DNA of 64,000 bases from Thermodesulfobacteriota bacterium. GTDB taxonomy: Bacteria; Desulfobacterota; Desulfobacteria; Desulfobacterales; C00003060. Below the pieces are notes generated by a model. It saw only the letters and a list, made by a program, of their open reading frames with translations, made no database searches and was not told the origin of the DNA. Location: assembly GCA_034189385.1 (NCBI GenBank), contig JAXHVD010000010.1, positions 84,794 to 148,793 of the forward strand, written 5' to 3'. Shown here piece by piece: positions 1 to 9,406 of this stretch (its first letter is position 1; each line of letters opens with the position of its first letter). The position numbers and the translations under genes were made by a program.

Positions 1-88
1 TGTTCGCCTGGAGGGCCTTGCCTTCCAATGACGGATCTTCAATCCATGAAACGCTAGTGCCCATCTACGAAAGGCCAAGAACGAAGGC

Positions 89-218
89 GCACTGGCGTCA
101 GTTTTCAATTCAGTCCCGACGAGTCGGGATTCGCAAGGTCTAGAAAATCAAGGGATTTCGCGGAGTCCCGACGGGTCGGGACGAGATTGTGGAAAAGGGC
201 CATTTATGGATGTAAACT
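89..218. repeat. MITE/REP-like palindromic element, copy 1 (second copy at ~36564-36695)
   Basis: GCACTGG(C/T)GTCAGTTT(T/C)CAATT(C/T)AGTCCCGACGAGT(C/T)GGGATTCGCAAGGTC..GAAAATCAA is shared by both copies; internal hairpins (GTCCCGAC..GTCGGGA); imperfect terminal inverted repeats. Confidence 0.8.
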
Positions 219-451
219 CAGCCTTTGATCCATTTCAATATCTCGTCTTTCTTGGGGACCTTTCCCGCACATTTCACCTCGCCGTCAACGACCACAGCCG
301 GGGTGCCAAATACCCCGTGGGTGGCGATCTTCATGATGTCAGTCACCTTCTCAATGTTGGCATCCACGCCGGTCTCGGCCACTGCGGCGGCCGCATTCTT
401 TTTCGTCTGTTCACACTTCGGGCAACCTGGCCCCAATACCTTTATTTCCAT
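218..451 (-). CDS. small redox-active disulfide protein (thioredoxin family, MTH895/ArsE-like), 77 aa
   Basis: MEIKVLGPGCPKC..., GVFGTPAVVVDG; AGGAGG RBS upstream of the ATG at 451. Confidence 0.9.
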   Translation of the reverse strand: MEIKVLGPGCPKCEQTKKNAAAAVAETGVDANIEKVTDIMKIATHGVFGTPAVVVDGEVKCAGKVPKKDEILKWIKG

Positions 452-476
452 TTTGTGCCTCCTATTTGCTCCAGCA

Positions 477-971
477 CTAGACGCCTTCACGGAACCACCC
501 CTTAATCCTGGTCTTAGTGGCAACGTTGCCCACAGAGACCACCTTTCCATTCACAACCAAGGCAGGGGTGCCTATCACACCGTAACTGGCAATCACCTTC
601 ATGTCCCTTACATGTTCTATGGCTGCGGCAAGGCCCATCTCTGCCGCCACCTCCATGACGTCTCTCTCCAGCCCTTCGCACCGGGCACATCCAGGCCCCA
701 GAATCTTAATCTCCAGCCCCTCGGAGGTCTCTTCTTCATACGGCCTTCCGAGCAACTTGTTGAACTCCCGTAGAAGGGCTTTTCCATACGCTTCCTTCGA
801 GGCCGCCGGGACATAGTTCTTCTTAGAAACCCGTCTCATTAACTCCGCCCGCACTTCCCTCTCGGAACGATGAGCCCATTCTGCTGCCATCTCTTCCATG
901 ACCTGTTTCAGGCCGATCATGCCGACTGATTGCTGATTGACTCTCATCTGTGTTACATCTTCCTGGGACAT
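477..971 (-). CDS. thioredoxin-family protein with N-terminal extension
   Basis: C-terminal IKILGPGCARC...YGVIGTPALVVNG domain, paralogous to the neighbouring gene. Confidence 0.85.
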   Translation of the reverse strand: MSQEDVTQMRVNQQSVGMIGLKQVMEEMAAEWAHRSEREVRAELMRRVSKKNYVPAASKEAYGKALLREFNKLLGRPYEEETSEGLEIKILGPGCARCEGLERDVMEVAAEMGLAAAIEHVRDMKVIASYGVIGTPALVVNGKVVSVGNVATKTRIKGWFREGV

Positions 972-980
972 AGTTCTTCC

Positions 981-2084
981 TTAGACAACCACGTTAAAGA
1001 GATAACCCACCAGCAAGATTCCGCACCCGACCACGCAGATAAACGCACCGATAAGCCGAGGTTTCAGAACTTTTCTGAGGATCACCATCTCAGGCAGCGA
1101 AAGGGCGATCACGCTCATCATGAAGGCGAGCACTGTGCCGAGTGCGGCCCCCTTTCCAAGAAGGGCTTCCACCACCGGGATGATGCCCGCGGCATTAGAA
1201 TACATGGGCACCCCGATAACGACAGCCAGCGGCACGGACCACCAGACCCCTTTGCCCATAACAGAGGCCATGAAGCTCTCCGGTACGTAGCCGTGTATGC
1301 CGGCACCAACGGCAATGCCCAGCAGGACATAGATCCAGATCCGACCAACAATCTCCTTCACTGCATCCCAGCCATACATCATCCGGTCATGCCAAGAGAG
1401 TCTTTCCTCCTGGGCCTGAATCACGCCGCCTTCCAATCCTGCGACCCATTCTTCAACATGTCTTTCCAGGCGCAGGCGACCGATAAGCCAGCCGGAAACA
1501 ATGGCAATAGTAAGCCCTGTACCCATGTAGAGGGCGGCCACCTTCCAGCCAAGGAGTCCGTAAAGCAGACCCAGGGCGATTTCGTTGACCATGGGAGCAG
1601 AGATGAGGAATGAAAAGGTCACCCCCAACGGCACCCCTGCGGTGACAAATCCGATAAATAGAGGCACAGCAGAGCAGGAACAAAAGGGGGTCACAATGCC
1701 GAGAAGGGCCGCCAGGGTATTGCCCACAAACTCCGTTTTTCCCGATAAGATGTCCCTGGTCTTTTCCGGCGTAAAGAAGCTGCGTACTATTCCTACGCTA
1801 AAGACAACCAAGACGAGAAGCATCATGACCTTGGGCGTGTCGTAGAAGAAGAATTCCACGGCAGCGGCCATGTGGCTACCCGGACTGAGCCTGAAAACCG
1901 AGTATGTAATAAAGGCCGCAAGCAGAGACAGTCTGCCGTAAATCACCCACCACACAAAGAGGGTGATGGCACCAAGTCCCAAGTAGAAGACCTTTTCCCT
2001 CTTAAGACCTGATGGGGTCTTCCCCTGGGCTTCGGCACAGGCACACGAACCATTGGCAACCGGTTTCACAGCACGCACTGTCAT
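981..2084 (-). CDS. ArsP/DUF318-family permease
   Basis: multi-TM protein with TPFCSCSAVP, SAPMVNE, GVPMYSNAAG and SLPE motifs; ArsR operon context. Confidence 0.88.
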   Translation of the reverse strand: MTVRAVKPVANGSCACAEAQGKTPSGLKREKVFYLGLGAITLFVWWVIYGRLSLLAAFITYSVFRLSPGSHMAAAVEFFFYDTPKVMMLLVLVVFSVGIVRSFFTPEKTRDILSGKTEFVGNTLAALLGIVTPFCSCSAVPLFIGFVTAGVPLGVTFSFLISAPMVNEIALGLLYGLLGWKVAALYMGTGLTIAIVSGWLIGRLRLERHVEEWVAGLEGGVIQAQEERLSWHDRMMYGWDAVKEIVGRIWIYVLLGIAVGAGIHGYVPESFMASVMGKGVWWSVPLAVVIGVPMYSNAAGIIPVVEALLGKGAALGTVLAFMMSVIALSLPEMVILRKVLKPRLIGAFICVVGCGILLVGYLFNVVV

Positions 2085-2187
2085 GGCGCCTCACCATGTG
2101 GCGAGACCCTGTCCGTTGACCAGGACGGATAGCGCTTGAAAGCCATAGCAATATTCCTATTTAGCTATAGATTAAGGACAAAAAAAA

Positions 2188-2535
2188 TTATTTCCTGCAA
2201 ATCTCTTCTCGTCGAATTGATGGAAGTTCTTCTACGATGTCAGCGATCTCTGCATCATCTTCCAGCCAGTGCCTCAAATTGCCCAGCAGGTTGGCCACAT
2301 AGGGACTGGCGCTTCCGTCCGTGAGTCCGTAGTTGACCCACATGCCCTCTTTCTGAGACGTAATAATGCCTGCATCTTCGAGTATTTTAAGATGCTTAGA
2401 CACGCTGGGCTGCGCTATCTTGAGAGCAGCCCGCATCTCGCATACACACATGACCTTGTGTTGCAACATCTTTACAATTCTTACCCTGTTGGGATCGGAC
2501 AGGGCCTTCATGACCCTGATAAAATCTCTCATCAT
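2188..2535 (-). CDS. arsR: ArsR/SmtB family transcriptional repressor
   Basis: KALSDPNRVRI, MCVCE metal/As site, QPSVSKHLKIL helix-turn-helix, GMWVNY. Confidence 0.92.
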   Translation of the reverse strand: MMRDFIRVMKALSDPNRVRIVKMLQHKVMCVCEMRAALKIAQPSVSKHLKILEDAGIITSQKEGMWVNYGLTDGSASPYVANLLGNLRHWLEDDAEIADIVEELPSIRREEICRK

Positions 2536-2544
2536 ACATTCCAG

Positions 2545-2590
2545 ATATATGCCTTTTTGGGAATATACCCCCTTTGCTTTGCATTGTCAA
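2545..2590 (-). promoter_or_regulatory. sigma70 promoter of arsR overlapped by an ArsR-type operator
   Basis: on the minus strand TTGACA (2590-2585), 17 bp spacer, TATATT (2567-2562); inverted repeat TATATTCC-CAAAAA-GGCATATA overlaps the -10 box. Confidence 0.7.
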
Positions 2591-2654
2591 TTAAATTTTC
2601 GCGCTCGAAGAAAAATGGATACCGCCCAGAAAGGTTTTCTCAAGACGTCAAAGG

Positions 2655-2816
2655 TGATGAAATCGAAAAAAGTCGAAAAAGACCTCTTTTTGTCATTCCG
2701 GCGAAAGCCTGTCGAGAGCCTCAAGGCCGAACGGCCGGAATCCAGTCCTTTCAACAACTTCTGGATGCCGGATCAAGTCCGGCATGACGACTGAAAGACC
2801 TTTTACGAGTCTGTCA
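2655..2816. repeat. nested palindromic repeat: GTCATTCCGGCGAAAGCC...GGAATCCAG...CTGGATGCCGGATCAAGTCCGGCATGAC inside a TCGxAAAAAGTC...GACCTTTTACGA inverted-repeat element
   Basis: inner element 2692-2788 with GTCAT/ATGAC ends; outer imperfect inverted repeats; intergenic. Confidence 0.75.
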
Positions 2817-2849
2817 ACGGTGAAATGATGATCGGGGGGCAGGCGGAGA

Positions 2850-3110
2850 CTATTCTAAGCTATCTTTGAAGGTCTGCCAGCCGATAAGCATATCGGCCAT
2901 ATGGTGATAGACGGTGCGCGTTTCTGGACTCACGCACCCCAGCTTCTTGATGGCTTGCTTGGCCCGTTTCTCAAGGAGGTCTATCTTTTGGTCGCCCTCC
3001 TTAACCTGGGCACTCACGTCCTCATTATTGTCCATTCGCCCTTTGAGCCGCGTGGCCAAGGCCTTGGCATCTGAAAGCTCTTTCAAGAGTTGACTCGTAG
3101 CGTCATCCAT
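2850..3110 (-). CDS. hypothetical coiled-coil protein (~86 aa)
   Basis: ORF with GAGAGGAG RBS; last gene of the glucan/PAC2 run; start could be the GTG at 3116. Confidence 0.6.
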   Translation of the reverse strand: MDDATSQLLKELSDAKALATRLKGRMDNNEDVSAQVKEGDQKIDLLEKRAKQAIKKLGCVSPETRTVYHHMADMLIGWQTFKDSLE

Positions 3111-3141
3111 GGACACAGCACTCCTCTCGGCGGTATGAAAT

Positions 3142-3996
3142 CTAGCTCTTGGAGCCGAAAAAGTCGTCAAGGTATATGACATTTCCTTCGGTCTTCATTG
3201 AGCCTGATGGCTGATTAACGGTCTTAGACTTTGTGATCCCTTCAATGACTCTTTGCAGTTCGGGATTATCATCTACAAAACGTTGGATCTGTCTTGCCAA
3301 CTGCATCCACCCCTTCTCCAGTTCAGTAGTGTCAATCTGAAACCCTCCAAGGTTGGCCAACACAGTGCCCATTCGAGAAAGAAGCCGAAGGTGGGTCCCC
3401 TGGACATAGAAAGGGCAATGCCCCCACAGACTCATCCCTTGGATGCCCGCGGACTTCGCCTCCTGCATGATGAGGGAATGAATGGCACCAGGCCCTTCAT
3501 AGTCAATGGGAATGACATCGTTTTGCTCCAAGCGTTTTAAAAGCTCCGGGCTTGAGGCAAGACCTGAAATAATAGCGTCCGTATGGACCACCTTATCCTG
3601 TAGCCCCCCGAGGCTAATGATGAGGCTCACCTCTAATTGCCGGCAAAGAGACAACACCTTGTCAACAAACAGGTCCCAACGAAAGTGGGGTTCATGGGCT
3701 TTGAACAAAATGAGGCTCGTCTCCATTTGCTCCTGGGGTACAGCGTAAAAAACTGCTTCTGGAAACGAAACCTCATGAAGCCGGCCACGTTGTATCTTCA
3801 CAGTGGGCCGAATATCATCAAACCGACAGAAGGCGTTGAGATTGATGCTTGCAAACCGCGTGGCCCCAAGCGTTTGTATTAGGAAATCAAGCAACCCCAC
3901 TGCCACATTGCCGCCATTGGGCCATCCCTCAAACCCAAGGACGAGGATGGGGGCGCTCAGTTCAGGCATATGCTCTATGACGATTTCTTCCTTCAC
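3142..3996 (-). CDS. PAC2 family (proteasome assembly chaperone-like) protein
   Basis: LVLGFEGWPNGG, RPTVKI, HEPHFRW, ISLGG...VVHT, YEGPGAI, SLWGHCPFY motifs. Confidence 0.82.
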   Translation of the reverse strand: MKEEIVIEHMPELSAPILVLGFEGWPNGGNVAVGLLDFLIQTLGATRFASINLNAFCRFDDIRPTVKIQRGRLHEVSFPEAVFYAVPQEQMETSLILFKAHEPHFRWDLFVDKVLSLCRQLEVSLIISLGGLQDKVVHTDAIISGLASSPELLKRLEQNDVIPIDYEGPGAIHSLIMQEAKSAGIQGMSLWGHCPFYVQGTHLRLLSRMGTVLANLGGFQIDTTELEKGWMQLARQIQRFVDDNPELQRVIEGITKSKTVNQPSGSMKTEGNVIYLDDFFGSKS

Positions 3997-4027
3997 AACA
4001 CCAGTTTCTCAGATCAACGAGGGCATG

Positions 4028-5236
4028 TCAAGAATGGGGGCTTGAAGCCATCTTGTCCATTGCCCTGTCTAGGAGGGCGTAGACTTGTTCTAGTTCGTCA
4101 AAGGAGCGATGGACCCATCGGCTTCCCCAATAGAAGTTGCAACTTGTCTCTGCCACCAACATGTGATCATAGGCGGCAATGATCATGTGACGGACTTCCT
4201 CTGGATTGTCAGTGGCCTGCCCCCTTTCATCAAAGGTCCTCTTTGCCTGGTGGTAGTAGGCACTGGCCTCCCTTATGGCGTCCCAACCCTTTTTCTGGAG
4301 GAGCGACCCCGTCCATTGGGCGAAATCGCCCCCCCAATGGTGCCCTGTATTCCAGGCCCCTCGATGGACCTCCACCTCTTCAGAAGGGGGATACATGTCC
4401 AGGTATTTGCTTATTCTGATAGGGGCGAAACCAAGGGTCCCTTCGCGGTACCTGTTCAAAATGGGATGATAAAAACAGCCCCAGAAGCCACTTTCCACAT
4501 GGGTGGTGCGGAACCACCCGCCATTTTCGCCATCAGTCCAGGTGGTCACCAGGGCTGGAAAGTCGCAGTGCTTTGTCCTTTCATAGAGCTCATGCTGAAA
4601 CCAGCCAGGATCGAGGCCCGATTCCTGGGCGTCCGAAAGCTCCCGATCCCGAGGAACGACGATGATCTCTTCTCCATCGTAACGGGCTACGTACGGTCGA
4701 TACCGCAACTCTTCCCAGCGCATCTCACGCTTCGGCTTGATGTACCAGCAATCAACGATGACATACTTATAGCCGTGGCGTTTCAACATGGGGATCATCT
4801 CCATGCAAAAACCCATCTCAGGAGGCCAGAAACCCTGGAATCTGTCACGACCCAGAAGATGTTGTCCCAAGCCGATCCACCAGGCGGTCTGTGCATCCCA
4901 GTCAGCAGGCGGGGTCAATGGATAGACGGGATGGTAGAGGCCAGTGCCTACAAATTCGATGCTGGACCGCTTGTAGCGATTGAGAAAATCGTCAATATCC
5001 ACAACATCAGCAAAGGTCTCCCTCACGGCAGGATCTTCGAGCTGCTTCAGGAGGGTTCCGGAAAAGCTCATGTGGAGCCCAGCAACATCTTCATACCCTT
5101 CCAGCATACGCGTGGGCCGATCATAACACCAAAGGATCTGCCTCGCCTCCCACCGTTCCTCTGAATTGTGCAAGGCAATAAGATTGCCTAGGGGCTGATG
5201 CATGTTCAGGCCCAGTGCGTGGTAGACTTCAGGCAT
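4028..5236 (-). CDS. glycoside hydrolase family 57 protein
   Basis: NMHQP, SFSGTLL, YHPVYP, GFWPPEM (nucleophile), TDGENGGW (acid/base), AETSCNFYW. Confidence 0.88.
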   Translation of the reverse strand: MPEVYHALGLNMHQPLGNLIALHNSEERWEARQILWCYDRPTRMLEGYEDVAGLHMSFSGTLLKQLEDPAVRETFADVVDIDDFLNRYKRSSIEFVGTGLYHPVYPLTPPADWDAQTAWWIGLGQHLLGRDRFQGFWPPEMGFCMEMIPMLKRHGYKYVIVDCWYIKPKREMRWEELRYRPYVARYDGEEIIVVPRDRELSDAQESGLDPGWFQHELYERTKHCDFPALVTTWTDGENGGWFRTTHVESGFWGCFYHPILNRYREGTLGFAPIRISKYLDMYPPSEEVEVHRGAWNTGHHWGGDFAQWTGSLLQKKGWDAIREASAYYHQAKRTFDERGQATDNPEEVRHMIIAAYDHMLVAETSCNFYWGSRWVHRSFDELEQVYALLDRAMDKMASSPHS

Positions 5237-5271
5237 AAAAGACTCCTCATCCTTGTCAGAAGGTTGAAGAC

Positions 5272-6747
5272 CTATTCTTTGATATAGTTGTAGATGTTCA
5301 GGTAGTGTCGTCCAGGATGGTTCCAGGAGTAGTCGTACCTCATCCCATTGGCCATCAGTTCTCGAAAAAACTGAGGGTAGTCATGCCATAGGCCGATGGC
5401 CCTTTTCATTGCAGATTTGAGACCTTCGTTGTCAAAATCATTGAACACATACCCATTGCGCTCGTGATAAGCTTTTGAGGCATAATCAGCGTCAAACACG
5501 GTGTCTGCCAATCCCCCAACACCCCGAACAATAGGAACCGTGCCATATTTCATGGCGATCATCTGTGTGAGACCACAGGGCTCAAAGGCGCTTGGCACGA
5601 CAATCATATCGGCGCCCGCATATATGAGATGAGCCAATTCCTCATCATAGCCAATCTCAAGATGGCAATCTGGATTATCATTCAAGTGGTGCTTCAGTTC
5701 CAAAAAATCGTTGTTGGTACCAGGATCGGAACTTGAGCCCAGTAGCACAAACTGGCAGCCCTTTTCCAAGGCATAGAAAATCCCGTGCCGTATCAGCCCC
5801 ACCCCTTTTTGATGATCTAACCGGCTGATCACGGCAATCATCGGTTTGAAGCCCTGATTCATCCACAGTCTGTTTCGGAGAGTCTCCTTGTTCTTATACT
5901 TGTCGTGAAGCGTTTCTATGGTGTACTGACATGATATGTGGGGATCGATCTCAGGGTTCCATACATTGTAATCCACACCGTTTAAAACCCCTCCAAACTT
6001 CACGCCGTGAACATGCAAGGTGCGTTGCAGACCATAACCCAGATCCGAGTACTTTATCTCCTCTGCATAACGGGGAGAGACAGTGGTCACAAAGTTGGAG
6101 TAAACGATCCCCCCTTTCATGAGATTGATGGCCCTGTGATTGAAGTTGTCCTGGAGCCGCTCCTGAGTCATGTAATGGGCAGGATTCAGGCCCACCTGTC
6201 GAAGGGTCTGTTCTCCCGTCACCCCCTGGTGCTTGAGGTTGTGCAGCGTGTAGCAAACCCTGGGATGAGTCATCCCCATAGGTTTATAAAGATCAAAGAG
6301 AAGCACTGGTGCCAGAGCCGTCTGCCAATCGTGACAGTGGATGACTTCAGGATGCTTGTTTGCCTTCAGCATAAACTCCAGTGCTGCCCTGGAGAAGAAG
6401 GCGAAACGTTCAGGGTCGTCGTTATGGCCGTAAAATGTCCCCCGGTTGAAGAAGTGATGAGAGGAGTGTGTGTCGATGAAAAAACACTTGAGACCATCCA
6501 CAAAGCCGAAGTACACATCGCAATGCACGCGTTGGTCATGGTAGGGGACCCAGAGATCGCTGTAGGTTCTATGGAGATTCCAGATCCGGTCATAGCGCAT
6601 GCAATCGTATTTAGGCAAAATGACCTCTACTGCATTGCCCCGTGTGGCCATCTCACGGGAGAGCCCCTGGACCACGTCTCCCAGGCCGCCTACCTTGGCC
6701 ACCGGGGCACACTCTGGGGTGATCATCACGATGTACATGCTGCTCAT
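5272..6747 (-). CDS. glgA: glycogen/starch synthase (GT5)
   Basis: ECAPVAKVGGLGDV, ILPKYDC, IHCHDWQT, TTVSPRYAEE, SRLDHQKG, PSAFEPCGLTQM. Confidence 0.95.
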   Translation of the reverse strand: MSSMYIVMITPECAPVAKVGGLGDVVQGLSREMATRGNAVEVILPKYDCMRYDRIWNLHRTYSDLWVPYHDQRVHCDVYFGFVDGLKCFFIDTHSSHHFFNRGTFYGHNDDPERFAFFSRAALEFMLKANKHPEVIHCHDWQTALAPVLLFDLYKPMGMTHPRVCYTLHNLKHQGVTGEQTLRQVGLNPAHYMTQERLQDNFNHRAINLMKGGIVYSNFVTTVSPRYAEEIKYSDLGYGLQRTLHVHGVKFGGVLNGVDYNVWNPEIDPHISCQYTIETLHDKYKNKETLRNRLWMNQGFKPMIAVISRLDHQKGVGLIRHGIFYALEKGCQFVLLGSSSDPGTNNDFLELKHHLNDNPDCHLEIGYDEELAHLIYAGADMIVVPSAFEPCGLTQMIAMKYGTVPIVRGVGGLADTVFDADYASKAYHERNGYVFNDFDNEGLKSAMKRAIGLWHDYPQFFRELMANGMRYDYSWNHPGRHYLNIYNYIKE

Positions 6748-6832
6748 TCCTGGCTGCGAAATTCCAGTCTCTCCCTCCCCAAGTGGAAGGGGCCGGGGGA
6801 GTCAGAGACTGCTTTGCTTGAACCATCTTGTT

Positions 6833-8440
6833 TCATGTAAGATTAGAGCTGGCTGAAGCTTCATAAAATGAGCGGTAGTCGATCTGTGGAAAGATGTTAT
6901 TCTGGTCCTCAATCAAAGAGAGCCATTTCTCATCAATACTGTAGCTTTGAATTTGATCTCTTAGCTTACCCAGACGCGAGAGGTGGGTCTTCGTCCGTAG
7001 GGTTCCATATTCTGCCATGTCACCTCTGTTGATCATGAAGGCCCAATCACTGGCTTGCGCCACCAGGAGCTCCCTTGCCGCTTGTTTCAGCGCCCTGAGC
7101 TGCAGACCACGGGCTTGGGGATAATCCCTTGCCAGCCTTTCCATAGAGCGTGCTCCTTTATGGAGCTGGGGATAGATCCAGTCGTTTTTCCCGTTAAGCC
7201 ACGTTTCATGAAACCCTCTGTCTCCCCAACTTGAAGAAGAGGGGGCTGCAACCTGATTTTTGGGGTACTCCTCGAGATATTCAGAAAAGGTAATGAGCCT
7301 AAGTGTTTCTTGCTCCCCACTGACTTTTCGAAGTAAATGATCAAGCCAGCGCGGCCCCTCGAACCACCAGTGGCCCAAGAGTTCCGCGTCGTAGGGTGCT
7401 ACGATGACAGGCTTGCGATCCATCACAGAAGCCAGGTATTCAATCTGTCTTTCCCTGTTGAACATGAAATTGCCCGCATGGATCTCAGTCTTTTTCTCAG
7501 CCCACTCAGGAACGTATACTTCTTTGTGATTGTTCTTTCCCGTAATGCGGAAATACTTGAAACCCGTGTCTACCCGAATGCCGTCACTGTGAATATAGGG
7601 TCTGATGTAATCAAGATCGAGGTCATAGGCAATGTCGCGATAGAACTCCCGGTAGTCATAGTCCCCGGGATAGCCTTCCGTACAACTCCAAACTTGCTTC
7701 GATGATTCGGGGTCCCGCCCAAAGGCAGCCACCCCTGACGGACAAAGGATGGGGCCGTAGACGCCATATCTCGGCCTTGACGCAGCACGGGTAATCCCAT
7801 GGGTTTCTAGAATCGTGTAGCGGATACCCTGTTCGCTAAGAAGTTCGTCAACGCCAGGATAGTAACCGCATTCGGGCAACCAGAATCCTTTGGGCCTGCA
7901 ACCAAATGCATGCCTGTAATCTTCGATACCTGTTCGAATCTGTGATCGGACAGCAGATGGGTTGACAGAAAGCAGGGGTAGATAACCGTGCGTGGCAGCG
8001 CTCGCTATGATTTCTACCTGTCCGAGTTCCTGCAAGCCTTTAAATACCTGGACCAGATTCTGATCATAGCGGTTGAGAAATGCTTCTCGTACATTCAAAA
8101 GGCGGTTGTAGTACATATGGGCCAGGGCGTTGAACTGGGGTTCGGATCTGGTTCGCTTGACCTCTTTTTCGCCCAGTTCTATGAGCCGGTTGAGCTTGTT
8201 CATGTAGCGGGACTGCAAAAAGGGATCAGCAAGCATGGAGGTCAGCGTGGGGGTCATGGACAAGGTCAATCGAAAACCGATCCCGTCCTCCAGGAGGCGC
8301 TCCAGAACGGAAAGCAAGGGGATATAGGTATCGGTGATGGCCTCAAAGAGCCAGTTCTCTTCTAGGGCATCCCTATATTCAGGATGTCTCACAAAGGGAA
8401 GATGGGCATGAAGGACGATGGCCAAATAACCCTTTTCCAT
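6833..8440 (-). CDS. GH57 1,4-alpha-glucan branching enzyme (DUF1957 C-terminus)
   Basis: VLHAHLPFV, ATHGYLP, FWLPECGY, YREFYRD, PYDAELLGHWWFEG, AQASDWAF; ATG at 8440 chosen as start. Confidence 0.9.
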   Translation of the reverse strand: MEKGYLAIVLHAHLPFVRHPEYRDALEENWLFEAITDTYIPLLSVLERLLEDGIGFRLTLSMTPTLTSMLADPFLQSRYMNKLNRLIELGEKEVKRTRSEPQFNALAHMYYNRLLNVREAFLNRYDQNLVQVFKGLQELGQVEIIASAATHGYLPLLSVNPSAVRSQIRTGIEDYRHAFGCRPKGFWLPECGYYPGVDELLSEQGIRYTILETHGITRAASRPRYGVYGPILCPSGVAAFGRDPESSKQVWSCTEGYPGDYDYREFYRDIAYDLDLDYIRPYIHSDGIRVDTGFKYFRITGKNNHKEVYVPEWAEKKTEIHAGNFMFNRERQIEYLASVMDRKPVIVAPYDAELLGHWWFEGPRWLDHLLRKVSGEQETLRLITFSEYLEEYPKNQVAAPSSSSWGDRGFHETWLNGKNDWIYPQLHKGARSMERLARDYPQARGLQLRALKQAARELLVAQASDWAFMINRGDMAEYGTLRTKTHLSRLGKLRDQIQSYSIDEKWLSLIEDQNNIFPQIDYRSFYEASASSNLT

Positions 8441-8475
8441 ATTCGACTCTAACCCGGACAAGGCCGAATGATGAC

Positions 8476-9297
8476 TTACCTGTCAGCCGAGTCCTTCTCT
8501 TTTCGTGGAGACGCGCCCCCTTGCGAAGACAGGCCAAGGGTGAACTCCTTTTCGCTCATGTCGGTAAGATCAACACCAGCACCTTCTTCAGATGGGCCTT
8601 GAACCCCTTGGGCAAATGGAACCTGTGGCCGGGCCAAGTCTGTCCCCTGAAAGCTTCTCACCTTGCCGGAGCCTTCTCTGGGAAGGTCTGACCCTGGCCC
8701 TGCTCGCCTTGGCTGAACCGGACTGTCACTGCGTGGGCCTCCATCGGCTTCCATGTCGGACACACCCTGCTTCGGACTCCCCTGCACCACCATGTCCGCC
8801 TCATCCCCTTGGGGGGCAGGCCCCACACGAGGCACCTCTACAACATTGGACCGGGCTATGGGATAGAAGCTCCCTTCTTCACTTCTGAATCCCAATTCAA
8901 CAAGGTATGCGTTGCCGGGACTCCAGAGATGGATATACCGACTCCTCGATTCAAGATCGATATCCACATCAAAGGCGTGGGTTGCATTGCCGCCATGAGA
9001 AGCCATGCTGGTGACACCATAACACCTCAAGACGGCCCTGGATCGTCCGTAGTCCTTATGGGGCCTGTCTCTCACCGTCTTGAGTCTCTCTGAGGCGACC
9101 TCCCAGTAGACATGGATCAAGTAGGGATCAACGGCCACTGCCACTACTATTGTTTCGCCGTATGAGTTATTTGCAGCCGCGGGTGGCTCGTGAAAAGCAT
9201 AGAGGTCCTCAACGGTCTTACCCGCCGATTCTTCAGCCCTTTTCTGTGTCCAGGCTTTTGCCTTGGACAGACTTGGTTTTTCAACCTTTTGCGTCAC
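8476..9297 (-). CDS. DUF4912 domain protein
   Basis: YGETIVVAVAVDPYLIHVYWEV, YLVELG, IARSNVVEVPR; the usual neighbour of GH57 branching enzymes. Confidence 0.78.
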   Translation of the reverse strand: MTQKVEKPSLSKAKAWTQKRAEESAGKTVEDLYAFHEPPAAANNSYGETIVVAVAVDPYLIHVYWEVASERLKTVRDRPHKDYGRSRAVLRCYGVTSMASHGGNATHAFDVDIDLESRSRYIHLWSPGNAYLVELGFRSEEGSFYPIARSNVVEVPRVGPAPQGDEADMVVQGSPKQGVSDMEADGGPRSDSPVQPRRAGPGSDLPREGSGKVRSFQGTDLARPQVPFAQGVQGPSEEGAGVDLTDMSEKEFTLGLSSQGGASPRKEKDSADR

Positions 9298-9406
9298 GGA
9301 AACGCTGTCTTCCCATAGCTTTGTGAAGTGACTTCTGCTATTTTACCATGTGGCTTTTTTCATTGATGCTACAGGAAATGGAGACAAAACACAACCGCCG
9401 CGGGCG

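Noticed and set aside
1..64. possible minus-strand CDS start (MGTSVSWIEDPSLEGKALQAN) running off the window edge
   Set aside because: Only 21 codons are visible, with no clear RBS and no recognisable motif
4109..5164. long antisense ORFs (also 13352..14392, 23907..25346, 28423..29385)
   Set aside because: They are shadows of well-supported genes on the opposite strand, with no domain motifs
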